Shown here piece by piece: positions 1-14,488 of a stretch of 64,000 nucleotides of DNA. This stretch comes from Balanoglossus misakiensis (lineage: Eukaryota; Animalia; Hemichordata), in contig CM082584.2 of the NCBI GenBank assembly GCA_040954595.2, positions 9,133,061 through 9,197,060 on the forward strand, in the 5' to 3' direction. The position numbers were made by a program, and so were the translations under genes. The notes under the pieces were generated by a model. That model was given only the letters and a program-made list of their open reading frames with translations, was not told the origin of the DNA and made no database searches. Position 1 is the stretch's first letter. Each line of letters begins with the position of its first letter.

Positions 1-3000
1 CATCCAGAAATGACATTTTTCGACTTCCGGAATTTCAAAATTTCTTCGATTTTTGATAAAAACCATGGGTTATAGCTCAGAGAGATTAACATCTGATGAC
101 AATATTTTCGACTTCCCGGAATTTCAAAATTTCTTCGATTTTTGATAAAAACCATGGGTTATAGCTCATGAAAATCATCCAGAAATGACAATTTTTCGAC
201 TTCCCGGAATTTCAAAATTTCTTCGATTTTTTGATAAAAACCATGGGTTATAGCTCATGAAAATCATCCAGAAATGACATTTTTCGACTTCCCGGAATTT
301 CAAAATTTCTTCGATTTTTGATAAAAACCATGGGTTATAGCTCATGAAAATCATCCAGAAATGACAATTTTTCGACTTCCCGGAATTTCAAAATTTCTTC
401 GATTTTTGATAAAAACCATGGGTTATAGCTCATGAAAATCATCCAGAAATGACAATTTTTCGACTTCCCGGAATTTCAAAATTTCTTCGATTTTTGATAA
501 AAACCATGGGTTATAGCTCATGAAAATCATCCAGAAATGACAATTTTTCGACTTCCCGGAATTTCAAAATTTCTTCGATTTTTGATAAAAACCATGGGTT
601 ATAGCTCATGAAAATCATCCAGAAATGACAATTTTTCGACTTCCCGGAATTTCAAAATTTCTTCGATTTTTGATAAAAACCATGGGTTATAGCTCATGAA
701 AATCATCCAGAAATGACAATTTTTCGACTTCCCGGAATTTCAAAATTTCTTCGATTTTTGATAAAAACCATGGGTTATAGCTCATGAAAATCATCCAGAA
801 ATGACAATTTTTCGACTTCCCGGAATTTCAAAATTTCTTCGATTTTTGATAAAAACCATGGGTTATAGCTCAGGAAAATCATCCAGAAATGACAATTTTT
901 CGACTTCCCGGAATTTCAAAATTTCTTCGATTTTTGATAAAAACCATGGGTTATAGCTCATGAAAATCATCCAGAAATGACAATTTTTCGACTTCCCGGA
1001 ATTTCAAAATTTCTTCGATTTTTGATAAAAACCATGGGTTATAGCTCAGGAAAATCATCCAGAAATGACAATTTTTCGACTTCCCGGAATTTCAAAATTT
1101 CTTCGATTTTTGATAAAAACCATGGGTTATAGCTCAGGAAAATCATCCAGAAATGACAATTTTTCGACTTCCCGGAATTTCAAAATTTCTTCGATTTTTG
1201 ATAAAAACCATGGGTTATAGCTCAGGAAAATCATCCAGAAATGACAATTTTTCGACTTCCCGGAATTTCAAAATTTCTTCGATTTTTGATAAAAACCATG
1301 GGTTATAGCTCAGGAAAATCATCCAGAAATGACAATTTTTCGACTTCCCGGAATTTCAAAATTTCTTCGATTTTTGATAAAAACCATGGGTTATAGCTCA
1401 GGAAAATCATCCAGAAATGACAATTTTTCGACTTCCCGGAATTTCAAAATTTCTTCGATTTTTGATAAAAACCATGGGTTATAGCTCATGAAAATCATCC
1501 AGAAATGACAATTTTTCGACTTCCCGGAATTTCAAAATTTCTTCGATTTTTGATAAAAACCATGGGTTATAGCTCATGAAAATCATCCAGAAATGACAAT
1601 TTTTCGACTTCCCGGAATTTCAAAATTTCTTCGATTTTTGATAAAAACCATGGGTTATAGCTCAGGAAAATCATCCAGAAATGACAATTTTTCGACTTCC
1701 CGGAATTTCAAAATTTCTTCGATTTTTGATAAAAACCATGGGTTATAGCTCATGAAAATCATCCAGAAATGACAATTTTTCGACTTCCCGGAATTTCAAA
1801 ATTTCTTCGATTTTTGATAAAAACCATGGGTTATAGCTCATGAAAATCATCCAGAAATGACAATTTTTCGACTTCCCGGAATTTCAAAATTTCTTCGATT
1901 TTTGATAAAAACCATGGGTTATAGCTCATGAAAATCATCCAGAAATGACAATTTTTCGACTTCCCGGAATTTCAAAATTTCTTCGATTTTTGATAAAAAC
2001 CATGGGTTATAGCTCATGAAAATCATCCAGAAATGACAATTTTTCGACTTCCCGGAATTTCAAAATTTCTTCGATTTTTGATAAAAACCATGGGTTATAG
2101 CTCATGAAAATCATCCAGAAATGACAATTTTTCGACTTCCCGGAATTTCAAAATTTCTTCGATTTTTGATAAAAACCATGGGTTATAGCTCAGGAAAATC
2201 ATCCAGAAATGACAATTTTTCGACTTCCCGGAATTTCAAAATTTCTTCGATTTTTGATAAAAACCATGGGTTATAGCTCATGAAAATCATCCAGAAATGA
2301 CAATTTTTCGACTTCCCGGAATTTCAAAATTTCTTCGATTTTTGATAAAAACCATGGGTTATAGCTCATGAAAATCATCCAGAAATGACAATTTTTCGAC
2401 TTCCCGGAATTTCAAAATTTCTTCGATTTTTGATAAAAACCATGGGTTATAGCTCAGGAAAATCATCCAGAAATGACAATTTTTCGACTTCCCGGAATTT
2501 CAAAATTTCTTCGATTTTTGATAAAAACCATGGGTTATAGCTCAGGAAAATCATCCAGAAATGACAATTTTTCGACTTCCCGGAATTTCAAAATTTCTTC
2601 GATTTTTGATAAAAACCATGGGTTATAGCTCAGGAAAATCATCCAGAAATGACAATTTTTCGACTTCCCGGAATTTCAAAATTTCTTCGATTTTTGATAA
2701 AAACCATGGGTTATAGCTCAGGAAAATCATCCAGAAATGACAATTTTTCGACTTCCCGGAATTTCAAAATTTCTTCGATTTTTGATAAAAACCATGGGTT
2801 ATAGCTCAGGAAAATCATCCAGAAATGACAATTTTTCGACTTCCCGGAATTTCAAAATTTCTTCGATTTTTGATAAAAACCATGGGTTATAGCTCAGGAA
2901 AATCATCCAGAAATGACAATTTTTCGACTTCCCGGAATTTCAAAATTTCTTCGATTTTTGATAAAAACCATGGGTTATAGCTCAGGAAAATCATCCAGAA

Positions 3001-6000
3001 ATGACAATTTTTCGACTTCCCGGAATTTCAAAATTTCTTCGATTTTTGATAAAAACCATGGGTTATAGCTCAGGAAAATCATCCAGAAATGACAATTTTT
3101 CGACTTCCCGGAATTTCAAAATTTCTTCGATTTTTGATAAAAACCATGGGTTATAGCTCAGGAAAATCATCCAGAAATGACAATTTTTCGACTTCCCGGA
3201 ATTTCAAAATTTCTTCGATTTTTGATAAAAACCATGGGTTATAGCTCAGGAAAATCATCCAGAAATGACAATTTTTCGACTTCCCGGAATTTCAAAATTT
3301 CTTCGATTTTTGATAAAAACCATGGGTTATAGCTCAGGAAAATCATCCAGAAATGACAATTTTTCGACTTCCCGGAATTTCAAAATTTCTTCGATTTTTG
3401 ATAAAAACCATGGGTTATAGCTCAGGAAAATCATCCAGAAATGACAATTTTTCGACTTCCCGGAATTTCAAAATTTCTTCGATTTTTGATAAAAACCATG
3501 GGTTATAGCTCAGGAAAATCATCCAGAAATGACAATTTTTCGACTTCCCGGAATTTCAAAATTTCTTCGATTTTTGATAAAAACCATGGGTTATAGCTCA
3601 GGAAAATCATCCAGAAATGACAATTTTTCGACTTCCCGGAATTTCAAAATTTCTTCGATTTTTGATAAAAACCATGGGTTATAGCTCAGGAAAATCATCC
3701 AGAAATGACAATTTTTCGACTTCCCGGAATTTCAAAATTTCTTCGATTTTTGATAAAAACCATGGGTTATAGCTCATGAAAATCATCCAGAAATGACAAT
3801 TTTTCGACTTCCCGGAATTTCAAAATTTCTTCGATTTTTGATAAAAACCATGGGTTATAGCTCAGGAAAATCATCCAGAAATGACAATTTTTCGACTTCC
3901 CGGAATTTCAAAATTTCTTCGATTTTTGATAAAAACCATGGGTTATAGCTCATGAAAATCATCCAGAAATGACAATTTTTCGACTTCCCGGAATTTCAAA
4001 ATTTCTTCGATTTTTGATAAAAACCATGGGTTATAGCTCAGGAAAATCATCCAGAAATGACAATTTTTCGACTTCCCGGAATTTCAAAATTTCTTCGATT
4101 TTTGATAAAAACCATGGGTTATAGCTCAGGAAAATCATCCAGAAATGACAATTTTTCGACTTCCCGGAATTTCAAAATTTCTTCGATTTTTGATAAAAAC
4201 CATGGGTTATAGCTCAGGAAAATCATCCAGAAATGACAATTTTTCGACTTCCCGGAATTTCAAAATTTCTTCGATTTTTGATAAAAACCATGGGTTATAG
4301 CTCAGGAAAATCATCCAGAAATGACAATTTTTCGACTTCCCGGAATTTCAAAATTTCTTCGATTTTTGATAAAAACCATGGGTTATAGCTCAGGAAAATC
4401 ATCCAGAAATGACAATTTTTCGACTTCCCGGAATTTCAAAATTTCTTCGATTTTTGATAAAAACCATGGGTTATAGCTCAGGAAAATCATCCAGAAATGA
4501 CAATTTTTCGACTTCCCGGAATTTCAAAATTTCTTCGATTTTTGATAAAAACCATGGGTTATAGCTCAGGAAAATCATCCAGAAATGACAATTTTTCGAC
4601 TTCCCGGAATTTCAAAATTTCTTCGATTTTTGATAAAAACCATGGGTTATAGCTCATGAAAATCATCCAGAAATGACAATTTTTCGACTTCCCGGAATTT
4701 CAAAATTTCTTCGATTTTTGATAAAAACCATGGGTTATAGCTCATGAAAATCATCCAGAAATGACAATTTTTCGACTTCCCGGAATTTCAAAATTTCTTC
4801 GATTTTTGATAAAAACCATGGGTTATAGCTCATGAAAATCATCCAGAAATGACAATTTTTCGACTTCCCGGAATTTCAAAATTTCTTCGATTTTTGATAA
4901 AAACCATGGGTTATAGCTCATGAAAATCATCCAGAAATGACAATTTTTCGACTTCCCGGAATTTCAAAATTTCTTCGATTTTTGATAAAAACCATGGGTT
5001 ATAGCTCATGAAAATCATCCAGAAATGACAATTTTTCGACTTCCCGGAATTTCAAAATTTCTTCGATTTTTGATAAAAACCATGGGTTATAGCTCAGGAA
5101 AATCATCCAGAAATGACAATTTTTCGACTTCCCGGAATTTCAAAATTTCTTCGATTTTTGATAAAAACCATGGGTTATAGCTCAGGAAAATCATCCAGAA
5201 ATGACAATTTTTCGACTTCCCGGAATTTCAAAATTTCTTCGATTTTTGATAAAAACCATGGGTTATAGCTCAGGAAAATCATCCAGAAATGACAATTTTT
5301 CGACTTCCCGGAATTTCAAAATTTCTTCGATTTTTGATAAAAACCATGGGTTATAGCTCATGAAAATCATCCAGAAATGACAATTTTTCGACTTCCCGGA
5401 ATTTCAAAATTTCTTCGATTTTTGATAAAAACCATGGGTTATAGCTCAGGAAAATCATCCAGAAATGACAATTTTTCGACTTCCCGGAATTTCAAAATTT
5501 CTTCGATTTTTGATAAAAACCATGGGTTATAGCTCAGGAAAATCATCCAGAAATGACAATTTTTCGACTTCCCGGAATTTCAAAATTTCTTCGATTTTTG
5601 ATAAAAACCATGGGTTATAGCTCATGAAAATCATCCAGAAATGACAATTTTTCGACTTCCCGGAATTTCAAAATTTCTTCGATTTTTGATAAAAACCATG
5701 GGTTATAGCTCATGAAAATCATCCAGAAATGACAATTTTTCGACTTCCCGGAATTTCAAAATTTCTTCGATTTTTGATAAAAACCATGGGTTATAGCTCA
5801 TGAAAATCATCCAGAAATGACAATTTTTCGACTTCCCGGAATTTCAAAATTTCTTCGATTTTTGATAAAAACCATGGGTTATAGCTCATGAAAATCATCC
5901 AGAAATGACAATTTTTCGACTTCCCGGAATTTCAAAATTTCTTCGATTTTTGATAAAAACCATGGGTTATAGCTCATGAAATCATCCAGAAATGACAATT

Positions 6001-9000
6001 TTTCGACTTCCCGGAATTTCAAAATTTCTTCGATTTTTGATAAAAACCATGGGTTATAGCTCATGAAAATCATCCAGAAATGACAATTTTTCGACTTCCC
6101 GGAATTTCAAAATTTCTTCGATTTTTGATAAAAACCATGGGTTATAGCTCAGGAAAATCATCCAGAAATGACAATTTTTCGACTTCCCGGAATTTCAAAA
6201 TTTCTTCGATTTTTGATAAAAACCATGGGTTATAGCTCAGGAAAATCATCCAGAAATGACAATTTTTCGACTTCCCGGAATTTCAAAATTTCTTCGATTT
6301 TTGATAAAAACCATGGGTTATAGCTCATGAAAATCATCCAGAAATGACAATTTTTCGACTTCCCGGAATTTCAAAATTTCTTCGATTTTTGATAAAAACC
6401 ATGGGTTATAGCTCATGAAAATCATCCAGAAATGACAATTTTTCGACTTCCCGGAATTTCAAAATTTCTTCGATTTTTGATAAAAACCATGGGTTATAGC
6501 TCAGGAAAATCATCCAGAAATGACAATTTTTCGACTTCCCGGAATTTCAAAATTTCTTCGATTTTTGATAAAAACCATGGGTTATAGCTCAGGAAAATCA
6601 TCCAGAAATGACAATTTTTCGACTTCCCGGAATTTCAAAATTTCTTCGATTTTTGATGAAAACCATGGGTTATAGCTCATGAAAATCATCCAGAAATGAC
6701 AATTTTTCGACTTCCCGGAATTTCAAAATTTCTTCGATTTTTGATGAAAACCATGGGTTATAGCTCAGGAAAATCATCCAGAAATGACAATTTTTCGACT
6801 TCCCGGAATTTCAAAATTTCTTCGATTTTTGATAAAAACCATGGGTTATAGCTCATGAAAATCATCCAGAAATGACAATTTTTCGACTTCCGGAATTTCA
6901 AAATTTCTTCGATTTTTGATAAAAACCATGGGTTATAGCTCATGAAAATCATCCAGAAATGACAATTTTTCGACTTCCCGGAATTTCAAAATTTCTTCGA
7001 TTTTTGATAAAAACCATGGGTTATAGCTCATGAAAATCATCCAGAAATGACAATTTTTCGACTTCCCGGAATTTCAAAATTTCTTCGATTTTTGATAAAA
7101 ACCATGGGTTATAGCTCATGAAAATCATCCAGAAATGACAATTTTTCGACTTCCCGGAATTTCAAAATTTCTTCGATTTTTGATAAAAACCATGGGTTAT
7201 AGCTCAGGAAAATCATCCAGAAATGACAATTTTTCGACTTCCCGGAATTTCAAAATTTCTTCGATTTTTGATAAAAACCATGGGTTATAGCTCATGAAAA
7301 TCATCCAGAAATGACAATTTTTCGACTTCCCGGAATTTCAAAATTTCTTCGATTTTTGATAAAAACCATGGGTTATAGCTCATGAAAATCATCCAGAAAT
7401 GACAATTTTTCGACTTCCCTGAATTTCAAAATTTCTTCGATTTTTGATAAAAACCATGGGTTATAGCTCAGGAAAATCATCCAGAAATGACAATTTTTCG
7501 ACTTCCCGGAATTTCAAAATTTCTTCGATTTTTGATAAAAACCATGGGTTATAGCTCAGGAAAATCATCCAGAAATGACAATTTTTCGACTTCCCGGAAT
7601 TTCAAAATTTCTTCGATTTTTGATAAAAACCATGGGTTATAGCTCATGAAAATCATCCAGAAATGACAATTTTTCGACTTCCCGGAATTTCAAAATTTCT
7701 TCGATTTTTGATGAAAACCATGGGTTATAGCTCATGAAAATCATCCAGAAATGACAATTTTTCGACTTCCCGGAATTTCAAAATTTCTTCGATTTTTGAT
7801 AAAAACCATGGGTTATAGCTCATGAAAATCATCCAGAAATGACAATTTTCGACTTCCCGGAATTTCAAAATTTCTTCGATTTTTGATAAAAACCATGGGT
7901 TATAGCTCATGAAAATCATCCAGAAATGACAATTTTTCGACTTCCCGGAATTTCAAAATTTCTTCGATTTTTGATAAAAACCATGGGTTATAGCTCATGA
8001 AAATCATCCAGAAATGACAATTTTTCGACTTCCCGGAATTTCAAAATTTCTTCGATTTTTGATAAAAACCATGGGTTATAGCTCATGAAAATCATCCAGA
8101 AATGACAATTTTTCGACTTCCCGGAATTTCAAAATTTCTTCGATTTTTGATAAAAACCATGGGTTATAGCTCAGGAAAATCATCCAGAAATGACAATTTT
8201 TCGACTTCCCGGAATTTCAAAATTTCTTCGATTTTTGATAAAAACCATGGGTTATAGCTCATGAAAATCATCCAGAAATGACAATTTTTCGACTTCCCGG
8301 AATTTCAAAATTTCTTCGATTTTTGATAAAAACCATGGGTTATAGCTCATGAAAATCATCCAGAAATGACAATTTTTCGACTTCCCGGAATTTCAAAATT
8401 TCTTCGATTTTTGATGAAAACCATGGGTTATAGCTCAGGAAAATCATCCAGAAATGACAATTTTTCGACTTCCCGGAATTTCAAAATTTCTTCGATTTTT
8501 GATAAAAACCATGGGTTATAGCTCAGGAAAATCATCCAGAAATGACAATTTTTCGACTTCCGGAATTTCAAAATTTCTTCGATTTTTGATAAAAACCATG
8601 GGTTATAGCTCATGAAAATCATCCAGAAATGACAATTTTTCGACTTCCCGGAATTTCAAAATTTCTTCGATTTTTGATAAAAACCATGGGTTATAGCTCA
8701 TGAAAATCATCCAGAAATGACAATTTTTCGACTTCCCGGAATTTCAAAATTTCTTCGATTTTTGATAAAAACCATGGGTTATAGCTCAGGAAAATCATCC
8801 AGAAATGACAATTTTTCGACTTCCCGGAATTTCAAAATTTCTTCGATTTTTGATAAAAACCATGGGTTATAGCTCAGGAAAATCATCCAGAAATGACAAT
8901 TTTTCGACTTCCCGGAATTTCAAAATTTCTTCGATTTTTGATAAAAACCATGGGTTATAGCTCATGAAAATCATCCAGAAATGACAATTTTTCGACTTCC

Positions 9001-12000
9001 CGGAATTTCAAAATTTCTTCGATTTTTGATAAAAACCATGGGTTATAGCTCATGAAAATCATCCAGAAATGACAATTTTTCGACTTCCCGGAATTTCAAA
9101 ATTTCTTCGATTTTTGATAAAAACCATGGGTTATAGCTCATGAAAATCATCCAGAAATGACAATTTTTCGACTTCCCGGAATTTCAAAATTTCTTCGATT
9201 TTTGATAAAAACCATGGGTTATAGCTCATGAAAATCATCCAGAAATGACAATTTTTCGACTTCCCGGAATTTCAAAATTTCTTCGATTTTTGATAAAAAC
9301 CATGGGTTATAGCTCAGGAAAATCATCCAGAAATGACAATTTTTCGACTTCCCGGAATTTCAAAATTTCTTCGATTTTTGATAAAAACCATGGGTTATAG
9401 CTCAGGAAAATCATCCAGAAATGACAATTTTTCGACTTCCCGGAATTTCAAAATTTCTTCGATTTTTGATAAAAACCATGGGTTATAGCTCAGGAAAATC
9501 ATCCAGAAATGACAATTTTTCGACTTCCCTGAATTTCAAAATTTCTTCGATTTTTGATAAAAACCATGGGTTATAGCTCAGGAAAATCATCCAGAAATGA
9601 CAATTTTTCGACTTCCCGGAATTTCAAAATTTCTTCGATTTTTGATAAAAACCATGGGTTATAGCTCAGGAAAATCATCCAGAAATGACAATTTTTCGAC
9701 TTCCCGGAATTTCAAAATTTCTTCGATTTTTGATAAAAACCATGGGTTATAGCTCATGAAAATCATCCAGAAATGACAATTTTTCGACTTCCCGGAATTT
9801 CAAAATTTCTTCGATTTTTGATGAAAACCATGGGTTATAGCTCAGGAAAATCATCCAGAAATGACAATTTTTCGACTTCCCGGAATTTCAAAATTTCTTC
9901 GATTTTTGATAAAAACCATGGGTTATAGCTCATGAAAATCATCCAGAAATGACAATTTTTCGACTTCCCGGAATTTCAAAATTTCTTCGATTTTTGATAA
10001 AAACCATGGGTTATAGCTCATGAAAATCATCCAGAAATGACAATTTTTCGACTTCCCGGAATTTCAAAATTTCTTCGATTTTTGATAAAAACCATGGGTT
10101 ATAGCTCATGAAAATCATCCAGAAATGACAATTTTTCGACTTCCCGGAATTTCAAAATTTCTTCGATTTTTGATAAAAACCATGGGTTATAGCTCATGAA
10201 AATCATCCAGAAATGACAATTTTTCGACTTCCCGGAATTTCAATATTTCTTCGATTTTTGATAAAAACCATGGGTTATAGCTCATGAAAATCATCCAGAA
10301 ATGACAATTTTTCGACTTCCCGGAATTTCAAAATTTCTTCGATTTTTGATAAAAACCATGGGTTATAGCTCAGGAAAATCATCCAGAAATGACAATTTTT
10401 CGACTTCCCGGAATTTCAAAATTTCTTCGATTTTTGATAAAAACCATGGGTTATAGCTCAGGAAAATCATCCAGAAATGACAATTTTTCGACTTCCCGGA
10501 ATTTCAAAATTTCTTCGATTTTTGATAAAAACAATGGGTTATAGCTCAGGAAAATCATCCAGACATGACAATTTTTCGACTTCCCGGAATTTCAAAATTT
10601 CTTCGATTTTTGATAAAAACCATGGGTTATAGCTCAGGAAAATCATCCAGACATGACAATTTTTCGACTTCCCGGAATTTCAAAATTTCTTCGATTTTTG
10701 ATAAAAACCATGGGTTATAGCTCAGGAAAATCATCCAGAAATGACAATTTTTCGACTTCCCGGAATTTCAAAATTTCTTCGATTTTTGATAAAAAACCAT
10801 GGGTTATAGCTCAGGAAAATCATCCAGAAATGACAATTTTTCGACTTCCCGGAATTTCAAAATTTCTTCGATTTTTGATAAAAAACCATGGGTTATAGCT
10901 CAGGAAAATCATCCAGAAATGACAATTTTTCGACTTCCCGGAATTTCAAAATTTCTTCGATTTTTGATAAAAACCATGGGTTATAGCTCAGGAAAATCAT
11001 CCAGAAATGACAATTTTTCGACTTCCCGGAATTTCAAAATTTCTTCGATTTTTGATAAAAACCATGGGTTATAGCTCAGGAAAATCATCCAGAAATGACA
11101 ATTTTTCGACTTCCCGGAATTTCAAAATTTCTTCGATTTTTGATAAAAACCATGGGTTATAGCTCAGGAAAATCATCCAGAAATGACAATTTTTCGACTT
11201 CCCGGAATTTCAAAATTTCTTCGATTTTTGATAAAAACCATGGGTTATAGCTCAGGAAAATCATCCAGAAATGACAATTTTTCGACTTCCCGGAATTTCA
11301 AAATTTCTTCGATTTTTGATAAAAACCATGGGTTATAGCTCAGGAAAATCATCCAGAAATGACAATTTTTCGACTTCCCGGAATTTCAAAATTTCTTCGA
11401 TTTTTGATAAAAACCATGGGTTATAGCTCAGGAAAATCATCCAGAAATGACAATTTTTCGACTTCCCGGAATTTCAAAATTTCTTCGATTTTTGATAAAA
11501 ACCATGGGTTATAGCTCAGGAAAATCATCCAGAAATGACAATTTTTCGACTTCCCGGAATTTCAAAATTTCTTCGATTTTTGATAAAAAACCATGGGTTA
11601 TAGCTCAGGAAAATCATCCAGAAATGACAATTTTTCGACTTCCCGGAATTTCAAAATTTCTTCGATTTTTGATAAAAACCATGGGTTATAGCTCAGGAAA
11701 ATCATCCAGAAATGACAATTTTTCGACTTCCCGGAATTTCAAAATTTCTTCGATTTTTGATAAAAACCATGGGTTATAGCTCAGGAAAATCATCCAGAAA
11801 TGACAATTTTTCGACTTCCCGGAATTTCAAAATTTCTTCGATTTTTGATAAAAACCATGGGTTATAGCTCAGGAAAATCATCCAGAAATGACAATTTTTC
11901 GACTTCCCGGAATTTCAAAATTTCTTCGATTTTTGATAAAAACCATGGGTTATAGCTCAGGAAAATCATCCAGAAATGACAATTTTTCGACTTCCCGGAA

Positions 12001-13711
12001 TTTCAAAATTTCTTCGATTTTTGATAAAAACCATGGGTTATAGCTCAGGAAAATCATCCAGAAATGACAATTTTTCGACTTCCCGGAATTTCAAAATTTC
12101 TTCGATTTTTGATAAAAACCATGGGTTATAGCTCAGGAAAATCATCCAGAAATGACAATTTTTCGACTTCCCGGAATTTCAAAATTTCTTCGATTTTTGA
12201 TAAAAACCATGGGTTATAGCTCAGGAAAATCATCCAGAAATGACAATTTTTCGACTTCCCTGAATTTCAAAATTTCTTCGATTTTTGATAAAAACCATGG
12301 GTTATAGCTCAGGAAAATCATCCAGAAATGACAATTTTTCGACTTCCCTGAATTTCAAAATTTCTTCGATTTTTGATAAAAACCATGGGTTATAGCTCAG
12401 GAAAATCATCCAGAAATGACAATTTTTCGACTTCCCTGAATTTCAAAATTTCTTCGATTTTTGATAAAAACCATGGGTTATAGCTCAGGAAAATCATCCA
12501 GAAATGACAATTTTTCGACTTCCCGGAATTTCAAAATTTCTTCGATTTTTGATAAAAACCATGGGTTATAGCTCAGGAAAATCATCCAGAAATGACAATT
12601 TTTCGACTTCCCGGAATTTCAAAATTTCTTCGATTTTTGATAAAAACCATGGGTTATAGCTCAGGAAAATCATCCAGAAATGACAATTTTTCGACTTCCC
12701 GGAATTTCAAAATTTCTTCGATTTTTGATAAAAACCATGGGTTATAGCTCAGGAAAATCATCCAGAAATGACAATTTTTCGACTTCCCGGAATTTCAAAA
12801 TTTCTTCGATTTTTGATAAAAACCATGGGTTATAGCTCAGGAAAATCATCCAGAAATGACAATTTTTCGACTTCCCGGAATTTCAAAATTTCTTCGATTT
12901 TTGATAAAAACCATGGGTTATAGCTCAGGAAAATCATCCAGAAATGACAATTTTTCGACTTCCCGGAATTTCAAAATTTCTTCGATTTTTGATAAAAACC
13001 ATGGGTTATAGCTCAGGAAAATCATCCAGAAATGACTATTTTTCGACTTCCCTGAATTTCAAAATTTCTTCGATTTTTGATAAAAACCATGGGTTATAGC
13101 TCAGGAAAATCATCCAGAAATGACAATTTTTCGACTTCCCTGAATTTCAAAATTTCTTCGATTTTTGATAAAAACCATGGGTTATAGCACAGGAAAATCA
13201 TCCAGAAATGACAATTTTTCGACTTCCCGGAATTTCAAAATTTCTTCGATTTTTGATAAAAACCATGGGTTATAGCTCAGGAAAATCATCCAGAAATGAC
13301 AATTTTTCGACTTCCCGGAATTTCAAAATTTCTTCGATTTTTGATAAAAACCATGGGTTATAGCTCAGGAAAATCATCCAGAAATGACTATTTTTCGACT
13401 TCCCGGAATTTCAAAATTTCTTCGATTTTTGATAAAAACCATGGGTTATAGCTCAGGAAAATCATCCAGAAATGACAATTTTTCGACTTCCCGGAATTTC
13501 AAAATTTCTTCGATTTTTGATAAAAACCATGGGTTATAGCTCAGGAAAATCATCCAGAAATGACAATTTTTCGACTTCCCGGAATTTCAAAATTTCTTCG
13601 ATTTTTGATAAAAACCATGGGTTATAGCTCATGAAAATCATCCAGAAATGACAATTTTTCGACTTCCCGGAATTTCAAAATTTCTTCGATTTTTGATAAA
13701 AAACCATGGGT
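1..13711. repeat. 88-bp tandem satellite array, ~155 near-identical copies, probably continuing beyond the left edge
   Basis: Monomer ATGACAATTTTTCGACTTCCCGGAATTTCAAAATTTCTTCGATTTTTGATAAAAACCATGGGTTATAGCTCA(T/G)GAAAATCATCCAGAA (88 nt). The same line phase recurs every 1320 bp (15 units) at 361, 1681, 3001, 4321 and 5641. There are no spacers. The array ends at ...AAACCATGGGT ~13711. Confidence 0.99.
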
Positions 13712-13720
13712 GATAAAGTG

Positions 13721-13765
13721 ACACACACACATATAGACTGATGTTTTGTATGATACAAATTTATT
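13721..13765 (-). terminator. Candidate distal polyadenylation signal of DNAI3 (AATAAA plus downstream GU-rich element)
   Basis: Minus-strand AATAAA at 13760-13765, followed ~30 nt later by a (TG)n run at 13721-13731. More proximal AATAAA hexamers exist near 14090, 14134 and 14263. Confidence 0.45.
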
Positions 13766-14488
13766 TCAAGTTGATGAACAATATTTGTAATAGTAAGAAC
13801 TTCAAGAAATACATTGCTATTTACACTCAGAGATGTCTCATTGACAGAGGAACGATTATTGAAAGCATTTCAATCAAGCTGAAAATGATTACAAATCTTA
13901 TCTATCTATTGTTGTTAGATTTTTTTCATCAAAAATGTAAATATTTACATAGCTGTGAGGAATGTACAGGAAAATGATCTAAACATGCTGAATTCAAAAT
14001 CGTTTTTTTTTTTTTATAAAATAAAAGAATATTGCAATATTATATTGTAATACATGTTATTAAACATTCAGGAAGAACAGCAACACAATTTATTACAAAT
14101 GAATCATACTTTATAAATGATACAAGGACAAAATTTATTCTTAAAAAAAAAAAAACTAGGATGTTTGTTCACATTTTTGAATGTACCATTTTGCTTTTTT
14201 TTCTCAAAGTTCTCAGGTTGCACATTTGAAAAAAAAAATTTCTTTCACTTTTCTTATCTTTTTTTATTCTTTTGATGATTTCCTCAACTCGGCTGTGTAC
14301 AATGGCTTTTATATACAGGGTTAAAAATAAATTACTAAATTTTGGATGGAGATGGGGGACGTCTCACGCAATATGTCTAGAATGCTCTATGAAGTACACC
14401 AAATGTTGCCACAAAGTCAACACTGTGCCCAGGGGGCCCTGCCAGATATCCCCAGACGAAAAAAAGTTTACAGTCATTTTTTGCTTGC

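Noticed and set aside
1-120. Divergent first monomers as a biological boundary
   Set aside because: The indel-rich degeneration at the very start is most simply low-coverage error at a contig end.
5879-11779. ORFs of 64-110 aa within the satellite
   Set aside because: They are translations of the 88-bp monomer, opened by single-base indels or point variants. They have no independent coding signal.
1-13711. CRISPR array
   Set aside because: Units are head-to-tail identical with no unique spacers, the context is eukaryotic, and there are no cas genes.
1-13711. Telomeric repeat or CENP-B box in the monomer
   Set aside because: There is only one GGGTTA per 88 bp, in the wrong orientation for a left chromosome end. 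TTCG-N6-CGGA has the wrong spacing and lacks core bases of the CENP-B box (TTCG-N4-A-N2-CGGG).
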